A stretch of DNA of 64,000 bases from an uncultured Chloroflexia bacterium (GTDB lineage Bacteria; Chloroflexota; Dehalococcoidia; UBA2979), in assembly GCA_963728205.1 (NCBI GenBank), contig CAVSIV010000001.1, positions 64,001 to 128,000 of the forward strand, written 5' to 3'. Positions within the stretch are counted from its first letter, which is position 1; each line of letters begins with the position of its first letter. The position numbers and the translations under genes are program-made. The notes beneath the pieces are model-generated. The model saw only the letters and a list, made by a program, of their open reading frames with translations. It searched no databases and was not told the DNA's origin. Below, in pieces: positions 20,801-28,828 of the stretch.

Positions 20801-21903
20801 CCGACGCCTCCGTCCGCGGGGTGCGCCGCGACCTCGCGGGCGGCGCCGGCCGTGGCGGCGGCGGTGCGCGCGACGGCGTCGTCGTTGAGCCAGCAGCGCA
20901 CGTAGCCGCGCGGGCTGCGCGGGTCGCCCAGCGGCGTGATCGGCGGCTCCTCGGCGCGGCAGCGATCGAACGCCGCGTCACAGCGATCGGCGAAGGGGCA
21001 GCCGCGCTCGAGCGTGAGCAGGTCCGGCGGCTGCCCGGCGATCGACGGCAGGTGCCCGCCGCGACGCTCGAGCGTCGGCAGCGAGCGCAGCAGCGCGCGC
21101 GTATACGGGTGCTGCGGGTCGGCGAAGAGCGACTCGACGTCGGCGTACTCGACGATACGGCCGGCGTACATCACGGCCACGGTGTCGCAGATCTGCGCGA
21201 CGATCCCCATGTCGTGGGTGATGAACAGCAGGCTCACGCCGAACGCGTCGCGCAGCTCCAGCAGCAGGTCGAGCACCTGCGCCTGGATGGTGACGTCGAG
21301 CGCGGTCGTGGGCTCGTCCGCGATGATCAGGTCGGGCTTGCACGCGGCGGCCATCGCGATCGAGACGCGCTGGCGCATGCCGCCGCTGAAGTGCATCGGG
21401 AACTCGAGCAGCCGCCGGGCGGCGTCGGGGATGCGCACCGACGTGAGGATGTCCGTGACGGCGTCGAGGATCGAGTGCTCCCGCGGGGCGCGCTCCGGGT
21501 GGAAGCGGTACAGCTCGCCGACCTGCTCGCCGATGGTGAGCACGGGGTTGAGCGATGTCATCGGCTCCTGCAGCACCATCGAGATCTCTGCGCCGCGCAC
21601 CGCGCGCATCTCCGAGCCGCTGAGGTCGAGCAGGTTGCGGTCCTTGAACCAGATCCGACCGCCGGTGACGCGGCCGGGCACCGGGACGAGCCGCATGATC
21701 GAGCGCGCGGTCACGCTCTTGCCGGAGCCAGACTCACCGACCAGCCCGACGATCTCGCCGCGTCGCACGGCGAAGCTCACGTCGTTGACCGCGGGGATCA
21801 CGCCCTCGCGCGTGAAGAAGCTCGTGCGCAGGTGCTCGACGGACAGCACCATCTCGGCGTCCGGTCGTTCGCGGAGCGGCGGCGGCGGCGGCGTGTCGGC
21901 CAT
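20797..21903 (-). CDS. Opp/Dpp-type ABC transporter ATP-binding protein (OppD/DppD-like)
   Basis: GESGSGKS, FSGGMRQR, IADEPTTALD, HPYT, GCPFADRC. Confidence 0.93.
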   Translation of the reverse strand: MADTPPPPPLRERPDAEMVLSVEHLRTSFFTREGVIPAVNDVSFAVRRGEIVGLVGESGSGKSVTARSIMRLVPVPGRVTGGRIWFKDRNLLDLSGSEMRAVRGAEISMVLQEPMTSLNPVLTIGEQVGELYRFHPERAPREHSILDAVTDILTSVRIPDAARRLLEFPMHFSGGMRQRVSIAMAAACKPDLIIADEPTTALDVTIQAQVLDLLLELRDAFGVSLLFITHDMGIVAQICDTVAVMYAGRIVEYADVESLFADPQHPYTRALLRSLPTLERRGGHLPSIAGQPPDLLTLERGCPFADRCDAAFDRCRAEEPPITPLGDPRSPRGYVRCWLNDDAVARTAAATAGAAREVAAHPADGGVG

Positions 21904-21917
21904 CGCGTCCCTCCCGT

Positions 21918-22847
21918 TCACGCGGCTCGTCGCAGGTGCGGGTCGAGCGCGTCGCGCAGCCAGTCGCCGAAGAGGTTGCCGGCGAGCGCGACGGCGAAGA
22001 TCGCGAGCCCGGGCACGGTGACCAGCCACCAGGCGACGGACATGTACCCGCGGCCGTCGGAGAGCATCAGGCCCCACGAGATCGTGGGCGGCGTGACGCC
22101 GAGCCCGAGGAAGCTCAGCGCCGCCTCGAAGATGATCACGACCGACAGCTCCAGCGTCGCCAGCACGACCACCGTGTTCATCACGTTCGGGAACAGGTGC
22201 TTCACGAAGATGCGCCGCCACGACGCCCCCGCGATGCGAGAGAGCAGCACAAAGTCCTGGTGCCGCAGCGAGAGCACCTCGGCGCGCACGAGGCGCGCGA
22301 ACCCCGCCCACGTGAACAGCACGATGATGACGAGCACGTTCCGCAGCCCCGGTTTGAGTACCGCCGCCAGCATCACGCCGAAGAGCAGCGGCGGCAGCGC
22401 GATCTGAAAGTCGACGAGCCGCATCAGCAGCGAATCGATGAAGCCGCCGAAGTACCCGGCGAGCATGCCGACGAGCGTGCCGACGAGCGCGGAGAGCGTG
22501 ACGGTCGTGAGCACCACGATCACCGTGACACGACTGGCGTAGACGAGGCGGCTGAACTCGTCGCGTCCGAGGTTGTCGGTGCCGAGCAGGTGCTCCATGC
22601 TCCCGCCGGCCGACCAGGCGGGAGGCCGCAGGCGGTCGGTGAGGGTCTGCTCGAAGGGGTCGTGCGGAGCGATCAGCGGCGAGGCCAGCGCCATCACCAC
22701 GACCGCCGTCCACACCACGAGCGGGAACAGCGGGTAGCGGCGGGCGAACCGCAGCGGCGCGAACGCGCGGCGCGCGCCCGAGCGCCACGGGCTCGCCGGC
22801 GGTGCGCCGAGCACCGCCTCTTCGGCCGGCGTGAGCGGGTTACGCAT
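21918..22847 (-). CDS. ABC transporter permease (OppC/DppC-like)
   Basis: HLLGTDNLGRD, EAALSFLGLG, NLFGDWLRDALDP. Confidence 0.93.
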   Translation of the reverse strand: MRNPLTPAEEAVLGAPPASPWRSGARRAFAPLRFARRYPLFPLVVWTAVVVMALASPLIAPHDPFEQTLTDRLRPPAWSAGGSMEHLLGTDNLGRDEFSRLVYASRVTVIVVLTTVTLSALVGTLVGMLAGYFGGFIDSLLMRLVDFQIALPPLLFGVMLAAVLKPGLRNVLVIIVLFTWAGFARLVRAEVLSLRHQDFVLLSRIAGASWRRIFVKHLFPNVMNTVVVLATLELSVVIIFEAALSFLGLGVTPPTISWGLMLSDGRGYMSVAWWLVTVPGLAIFAVALAGNLFGDWLRDALDPHLRRAA

Positions 22848-23757
22848 AGCGGATCCGCGGGTCGATGAACATGTACGCGATGTCGGTCAGGAAGTTCGCG
22901 AGCACCACCGTCGTGGCCGTGAGCAGGACGGCGGCCTGCACGACGGGGAAGTCCGACACCTGGATGGCCTGGATGATCAGCCGCCCCACGCCGGGCCACG
23001 CGAAGATCGTCTCGGCGATCACCGAGCCCGCGAGCAGCGTGCCCAGCCGCAGGCCGAGGATCGTGATCACCGGGATCATCGCGTTGCGAAACGCGTGCTT
23101 CGCGATCACGACGCGCTCCGGCACGCCCTTCGCGCGCGCCATGGTCACGTAATCGCGGTTGAGGACGTCGAGCATCGAGGACCGGGTGAGGCGTGTGAGG
23201 CTCGCGGAGGCCGATGCGCCCAGCGTGATGCCGGGCAGGATCATGTGATCGAGCCCGCCGCGCCCGCCGGTCGGCAGCCAGTGCAGGCGCACCGCGAAGA
23301 GGAAGATCAGCATCAGGCCCAGCCAGAAGTCGGGTGCGGCCTGACCCACCAGCGCGATGGTGCGCGCACCGGCGTCGATCGGCGAGCCGCGCGTGATCGC
23401 GGCGAGGACCCCCAGGGGCAGCGAGATGGCGAGCGAGATCGCCAGCGCGAAGAGCGCGAGCTGCGCGCTTGCCGGAACCCGCTGCAGCACCTCCTTCATC
23501 GCCGGCTGGTTCGTGCGGAACGACGTCCCGAAGTCGCCGTGCATCGCGTCGCCGACGAAGCGCACGAACTGCACGGGCAACGGGTCGTTGAGGCCGAGCT
23601 CGGTCTTCAACTGGTTGATGTCCTGCTGCGAGAAGTCGAAGCCGACGAGGAGTGTGACGGGGTCGCCCGCGACGCGGGCAATCGAGAAGACGACGAGGAG
23701 CACGAGGAAGATCGTGAGCACCGACTGAATCGCGCGCACGACCAGGTATTGCGCCAT
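22840..23757 (-). CDS. ABC transporter permease (OppB/DppB-like)
   Basis: GDFGTSF, PDFWLG, ARAKG...HAFRNA, ETIFAWPGVG, DPRIR. Confidence 0.93.
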   Translation of the reverse strand: MAQYLVVRAIQSVLTIFLVLLVVFSIARVAGDPVTLLVGFDFSQQDINQLKTELGLNDPLPVQFVRFVGDAMHGDFGTSFRTNQPAMKEVLQRVPASAQLALFALAISLAISLPLGVLAAITRGSPIDAGARTIALVGQAAPDFWLGLMLIFLFAVRLHWLPTGGRGGLDHMILPGITLGASASASLTRLTRSSMLDVLNRDYVTMARAKGVPERVVIAKHAFRNAMIPVITILGLRLGTLLAGSVIAETIFAWPGVGRLIIQAIQVSDFPVVQAAVLLTATTVVLANFLTDIAYMFIDPRIRYA

Positions 23758-23823
23758 GACCCTCGACTTCCATCCGCGCGTGCGAACGGCCCGCGCGACC
23801 AGGGCTGCGCCGGTCGCCGGAAT

Positions 23824-23855
23824 GGGCCCGCCCGGGGCGGCACAGGGGCGGGCCC
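23824..23855 (-). terminator. GC-rich hairpin between the binding-protein and permease genes
   Basis: GGGCCCGCCC...GGGCGGGCCC stem just downstream of the SBP stop; no clear U-tract. Confidence 0.45.
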
Positions 23856-23882
23856 GTTCCGGTCGTTACCGGGGATCGCCGA

Positions 23883-25652
23883 CTAGGCCGACGGGGCGAT
23901 GTTCCAGTACTCCGGCACCGCGAGCGTCTGCGCCCAGATGTCCCAGCTCCAGCCGGACTTCGCCGCGACGACGGTGACCGGCTCGTAGAGCCAGATGCTC
24001 TTCGCGCTCAGGTAGAAGTCCGTGATGATCTTCTCCAGCAGCGCGCGCCGCTTCTCGGTGTCGTATTCCTGCTCGCTCTTCTCGATCAGCGAGTCGATCT
24101 CCTTCGTGACGTCGCCCGCCGGCGTGATGTCGCGCGGCGTCCCGAGCGAGAAGTTCGACGTCGAGTGGTAGTTGTACCGGAAGTTCGCCCCGGGATCCGA
24201 CCCGCCGGCGCGGCCCCAGAAGACCAGCGGACCGAGCGTCTTGTCCTTCACCCGCGTGGTGACTTCCTGGTACTGCAGCTCCTGGATCGAGGTCTTGATG
24301 CCGACCTTCGACAGGTACTGCCCGACGGCCTCCATCACCGGCCGCGAGTTTGGCCAGCGGCCGATGGGCCCGAACATGCTCGTCTCGAAGCCGTCCGGGT
24401 AGCCCGCGTCGGCCAGCAGCTGCTTCGCCTTCGCCGGGTCGTAGCCGAACGTCTGCTTCTTCAGGTCCTCCGGGAAGCCGAAGCCCGACTGGGCCGAGCC
24501 GTAGGTCTTCCGTTCCTTGCCCGTCAGCACGTTGTTGATGATCGCATCGACGTCGACGGCGTAGTTCGCAGCGAGACGCACACGCTTGTCGATGAACGGG
24601 TTGGGCTTCCCGGTCGTCGGGTCGATGTCCATCGCCGTGTTCATGTCAATCATGATCGGCTGGTCGCCGTTGAGGTAGAACACCTTGAAGCCCTTGTCGC
24701 CCTCGAGCTGCTTCGCGATGTCCGACGAGACGTTGTGGATGAGGTCCAGCTCGCCGGCCTGCAGCGAGGCGACGCGCGCCTGGTCGTCCGGGATGACCTT
24801 CTGGATGAGCGTCTTGATGTACGAGGTGTGGAGCCCCGTCTTGTCGCCAATCGGGTGGTGGTACTTCTCCCACCGCTCGGCGCGGATCTCGGAGTCGGGC
24901 ACGCGCGAGGTGAACTTGTAGAAGCCCGCCCCGACCGGCTTCGCGGCGAAGCCGTCGTCGCCGACCTTCTCGATGTACGCCATGGGCACGATGAACAGGG
25001 GGCGCCGGAGGAAGATGATGTCCGGCTTCTCCATGTTGTACTTCACCGTGCGGTCGTCGATGACCTCGGCGCTCTTCACGATGCCTTTGAACTGCGCGGA
25101 GTACCCGGCCTTGTAGTCCGGGTTGTACTTGGCCTGGCCGATGTTGCAATCCATCGAGAACTTCGCGTCCTCGGCCTTGAGCTGGGAGCCGTCGTGGAAG
25201 TAGACGTCGGGGCGCAGCTTGATCGTCCAGGAGAGGTGGTCGGGCGCCTCCTCCCAGGACTCGGCGACGTCCGGGATCGAGTCCTTGGTGTTCCAGTCGA
25301 TGGTGGCGAGGCCGGCGCCGCCGAAGATGGTGGCGTAGGCGGGCCAGTTGCCGCCGCCGGTGCCGCCGAGCGATTGCGGGTCCATGCTGCCGACGTCGGA
25401 GCCGATGCCGGCGGTCAGCGTCTTGTCGGTGAGCTTCGCGCTGCCGGCGCTCTGCGTCGCGGCGGCCGTGGCGGTGCCGCCGGCCGCTGCGCCGCCGGAC
25501 GGCGCGGCCGTGCTGGTGGCGGGCGAGGACGAGCCGCCGCAACCAATCAGCGCGGCTCCGGCGAGCCCGGCGGCGCCGATGCCGGCCCCGCGCAGCAGGC
25601 CGCGCCGCGAGATCCTTCTATTGCCCCGGAGCCAGTAGTTTTGGCCAGACAT
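23883..25652 (-). CDS. Family 5 ABC substrate-binding protein with a Tat/lipoprotein signal
   Basis: RRISRRGLLRG...AALIGC signal; LRPDVYFHDG, PVGAGFYKF, DKRVRLA, YDPAKAKQLLADAGY. Confidence 0.92.
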   Translation of the reverse strand: MSGQNYWLRGNRRISRRGLLRGAGIGAAGLAGAALIGCGGSSSPATSTAAPSGGAAAGGTATAAATQSAGSAKLTDKTLTAGIGSDVGSMDPQSLGGTGGGNWPAYATIFGGAGLATIDWNTKDSIPDVAESWEEAPDHLSWTIKLRPDVYFHDGSQLKAEDAKFSMDCNIGQAKYNPDYKAGYSAQFKGIVKSAEVIDDRTVKYNMEKPDIIFLRRPLFIVPMAYIEKVGDDGFAAKPVGAGFYKFTSRVPDSEIRAERWEKYHHPIGDKTGLHTSYIKTLIQKVIPDDQARVASLQAGELDLIHNVSSDIAKQLEGDKGFKVFYLNGDQPIMIDMNTAMDIDPTTGKPNPFIDKRVRLAANYAVDVDAIINNVLTGKERKTYGSAQSGFGFPEDLKKQTFGYDPAKAKQLLADAGYPDGFETSMFGPIGRWPNSRPVMEAVGQYLSKVGIKTSIQELQYQEVTTRVKDKTLGPLVFWGRAGGSDPGANFRYNYHSTSNFSLGTPRDITPAGDVTKEIDSLIEKSEQEYDTEKRRALLEKIITDFYLSAKSIWLYEPVTVVAAKSGWSWDIWAQTLAVPEYWNIAPSA

Positions 25653-25687
25653 GACATCCCCTCCCTCTGGTCGTCGACCGTCCCGAG

Positions 25688-25754
25688 AGACTACCGGCGC
25701 GAGGCAGGCGGCCATCTACGTAAACTACGTGCTCGCAACGGAATGGCTACGTAT
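25688..25754 (-). promoter_or_regulatory. Putative activator site plus -10 box upstream of SBP 1
   Basis: Minus strand ATACGTA-N17-ACGTAG-TTT-ACGTAG, then TAGTCT 22 nt later; same layout upstream of SBP 2. Confidence 0.55.
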
Positions 25755-25879
25755 CTTCAGCATTCCCACATCCGCGACGTTGCGCACTTCCCCGCGCGTG
25801 CCGTACCCGTACCTGCGCTGACCGGCACCGGCGGACCGAGCCGGCACTTCGAACACGACACCGGGGAAATGCAGGCGCC

Positions 25880-28657
25880 ATGACCCAGTCGACTCCACCG
25901 CTGCACGGCCTCCGCGTGATCGACCTCGCGGGCGAGGCCGGGCTGTTCGCCGGCCGCGAGCTCGGCGAGCTCGGCGCCGACGTCATCCGCGTCGAGCCGC
26001 CCGGCGGCGACGCCGTGCGGCGACGCCGGCCGTTCCTCGGCGGCGAGGCCGGGGTCGAGCGCAGCCTCCACCACCAGCACTTCAACGCGAACAAGCGCGG
26101 CGTCGTGCTCGACCTCGCGGCGCCGGCCGGGCGCGACGCCCTGCAGCGCCTCGTCGGCTCCGGCGACGTCCTGCTGCACACGCTGCGACCCGACGAGCGC
26201 GACGCCCTCGGGCTCGGCGATGACGCGCTGCGGGTGCTGCAGCCGTCGCTCGTGCAGGTCGCGCTCGCGCCGTTCGCCGTGGACGGTCCGATGCGCGACT
26301 ACCGCGGGAACGACCTGGTCGCGGCGGCGGCGAGCGGGCTGATGTACCTCAACGGCTTCCCCGAGGACCCGCCGAACGTCCCCGGCGCCGAGCAGGCCTA
26401 CCACATGGGCAGCCTCGTCGCCGCGGCCGGCGCGCTGATCGCGGTGGTCGGCCGCGAGCGCGACCCGTCGCGCGGCGGCGCGCGGATCGACGTCGCGCTG
26501 CAGGACGCCGCGGCGATGGCGACGCTGCAGATCGCGAACGCAAACATCTTCGCGTGGCACGGGACGGTGCCGCGTCGCACCGGCGTCGCGGGGGCGACGG
26601 GCGCGCGCTCGCTCTTTCCCTGCCGCGACGGCCGCTGGATCAGCTTCGTCGTCCCGCTCGGCGCGCCGCACCTGTGGGAGGCGTTCGTGGCGTGGATGGT
26701 CGAAGAGGGCATCGGCGCGCCGCTCAGGGCGCCCGAGTGGAGCGACCCGTTCCACCGCGCCCGCAATGCCTCTGTGACCGCCGGCGTGATCGAGGCGCTC
26801 TGCGCGCGCCACGACCGCGCCGAGCTCTTCCGCGAGGGCCAGCGCCGCCGCATGCTCGTGATGCCGGTGAGCAACGCGCGCGACCTGCTCGAGGACGAGC
26901 ACCTGCGCGCGCGTTCGTTCTTTTCGCGCTACCCGCAGCCCGCGCTGGGCGGCATCGAGCTGGAGGACGCCGGCCCGCCGTACCGCTTCAGCGCGACCCC
27001 CGTCGCCCCCACCCGTCCCGCCCCCGCGCTCGGCCAGCACACGGCCGAGGTGCTCGCGAAGCTGGTCACAGCGGCGGCGGACACGCCGCCGGCCGGCGCG
27101 CGCGCGACAGACGCCACAGCGGCGGCAGACATGCCGCCGACCGATGCGCGCGCGACAGACGCCACAGCAGCGGCGGACACGCCGCCGACCGATGCGCGCG
27201 CGACAGACGCCACAGCGGCGGCAGATATGCCGCCGACCGATGCGCGCGCGACAGACGCCACAGCAGCGGCGGACACGCCGCCGACCGATGCGCGCGCGAC
27301 AGACGCCACAGCGGCGGCAGATATGCCGCCGACACCAGCGGCGGCGGACACGCCGCCGACCGATGCGCGCGAGACGGCCGGCCCGGACGGGCTCGCCGGA
27401 CCGGCGACGCGAGCGGCGCGCCCGGGCGGCGCGCAGTCGGAAGGTGTGCGCCTTCCCCTGCACGGCCTCCGCGTCGCCGACTTCTTCTGGCTCATCGCCG
27501 GGCCGTCCGCGTCGCGCATGCTCGCCGACTTCGGCGCCGACGTGATCAAAATCGAATCCGAGTCGCGCGTCGACAACATCCGCACCATCGGCGTGCAGCC
27601 GAGCGAGCCCGGCAGCATCAACACCAACGGCGTCTTCAACGACTGCAACGCGAGCAAACGCTCGGTGACCCTCAACCTCAACCACCCCCGCGGCATCGAG
27701 CTCGCGAAGGACATCGTCGCCCGCTCGGACATCGTCACGAACAACTTCACCGCCGATCGCATGGATCGGTGGGGCCTCGGCTACGACGACCTGCGGGAGG
27801 TGAAGCCCGACATCATCATGCTGACGATGCCGGTGATGGGCCGCTCGGGCCCGTACAAGAGCTACGGCTCGTACGGCAACGGCGTGATCGCCTACAGCGG
27901 GCTCTCGTCGAATATGGGCTTCCCCGATCGCCCGCCGACCGGCATCGCGCCGCTCTACTCCGACTTCTCCGCGCCCTACGTCGCGGTCGCCGCGCTGATG
28001 GCCGCGCTGTACCACCGCGAGCACACCGGCGAGGGCCAGCACATCGAGCTCGCCCAGGCCGAGGCGACGATCAACCTGCTCGGCAGCGGCATCCTCGAGA
28101 CCTCCGCGAACGGCGAGCTGCCGCCGCGGCTCGGCAACCGCTCGCGCGACTGCGCCCCCCACGGCGCCTACCCATGTGTCGGTGAGGATCGCTGGCTCGC
28201 GATCGCGTGCGTCGACGACGCCGAATGGGCGCGCCTCGCGGCTGCCATCGAGCAGCCGGCGCTCGCGACCGACCCGCGCTTCGCGACGCTCGACGCGCGC
28301 AAGGCGCACGAGGACGCGCTCGACGCGCTCATCACCGCCTGGACGCGCGGGCGCGAGCCGTGGGCAGCGATGCGCCTGCTTCAGGGCCGCGGCGTGATGG
28401 CCGCCGTCGTCGAGGATCTCGAGGACATGGTCACGCGCGACCCCTGGCTCTCGACGCGCCACTTCGTCCCGCTCGCGCGCGAGGACGAGGAGATCGTCTT
28501 CGCGACGCACAGCCAGCCCGCGCGGCTCAACGGCGCGTCGGTGCCGTCGCGGCGCGCGCCCTACTTCGGCGAGGACAACGAGGCGGTGTTCAAGGGCCTG
28601 CTCGGCATCTCGGACGGCGAGTACGCGGCGCTGCTCGCCGAGGGCGTGCTGCACTGA
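25880..28657 (+). CDS. Fused two-domain family III CoA-transferase with a repeat-expanded linker
   Basis: Two PLHGLRV...GADVI...NKR/SKR domains separated by (TAAAD[T/M]PPTDARATDA)n. Confidence 0.92.
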   Translation: MTQSTPPLHGLRVIDLAGEAGLFAGRELGELGADVIRVEPPGGDAVRRRRPFLGGEAGVERSLHHQHFNANKRGVVLDLAAPAGRDALQRLVGSGDVLLHTLRPDERDALGLGDDALRVLQPSLVQVALAPFAVDGPMRDYRGNDLVAAAASGLMYLNGFPEDPPNVPGAEQAYHMGSLVAAAGALIAVVGRERDPSRGGARIDVALQDAAAMATLQIANANIFAWHGTVPRRTGVAGATGARSLFPCRDGRWISFVVPLGAPHLWEAFVAWMVEEGIGAPLRAPEWSDPFHRARNASVTAGVIEALCARHDRAELFREGQRRRMLVMPVSNARDLLEDEHLRARSFFSRYPQPALGGIELEDAGPPYRFSATPVAPTRPAPALGQHTAEVLAKLVTAAADTPPAGARATDATAAADMPPTDARATDATAAADTPPTDARATDATAAADMPPTDARATDATAAADTPPTDARATDATAAADMPPTPAAADTPPTDARETAGPDGLAGPATRAARPGGAQSEGVRLPLHGLRVADFFWLIAGPSASRMLADFGADVIKIESESRVDNIRTIGVQPSEPGSINTNGVFNDCNASKRSVTLNLNHPRGIELAKDIVARSDIVTNNFTADRMDRWGLGYDDLREVKPDIIMLTMPVMGRSGPYKSYGSYGNGVIAYSGLSSNMGFPDRPPTGIAPLYSDFSAPYVAVAALMAALYHREHTGEGQHIELAQAEATINLLGSGILETSANGELPPRLGNRSRDCAPHGAYPCVGEDRWLAIACVDDAEWARLAAAIEQPALATDPRFATLDARKAHEDALDALITAWTRGREPWAAMRLLQGRGVMAAVVEDLEDMVTRDPWLSTRHFVPLAREDEEIVFATHSQPARLNGASVPSRRAPYFGEDNEAVFKGLLGISDGEYAALLAEGVLH
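27067..27375 (+). repeat. In-frame 48-bp tandem repeat derived from the family A REP arm
   Basis: Units at 27067, 27115, 27163, 27211, 27259 plus two partial units, each starting CACAGCGGCGGC(A/G)GA(C/T)A(C/T)GCCGCCGAC. Confidence 0.92.
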
Positions 28658-28711
28658 CGGCGTGACGGCGCGCGGCGGACGTCAGGCCCGCCGTGCCCAG
28701 AGCCCACCCAC

Positions 28712-28785
28712 AGCGGCGGCAGATATGCCGCCGACGGCTCGGCGGCGCACGCCGCCGGGACAGCGGCGGCGTGTCTGCCGCCGCT
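28712..28785. repeat. Family A palindrome between convergent genes
   Basis: AGCGGCGGCAGATATGCCGCCG...CGGCGGCGTGTCTGCCGCCGCT. Confidence 0.85.
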
Positions 28786-28828
28786 TGCGTCGGTGACCCG
28801 CGGTAGTGCTGAAGGCCCGCCCCGCGCC

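Noticed and set aside
27067-27375. Possible CRISPR array
   Set aside because: The sequences between repeat cores are near-identical rather than unique spacers, the array is in frame within a CDS, and there are no cas genes
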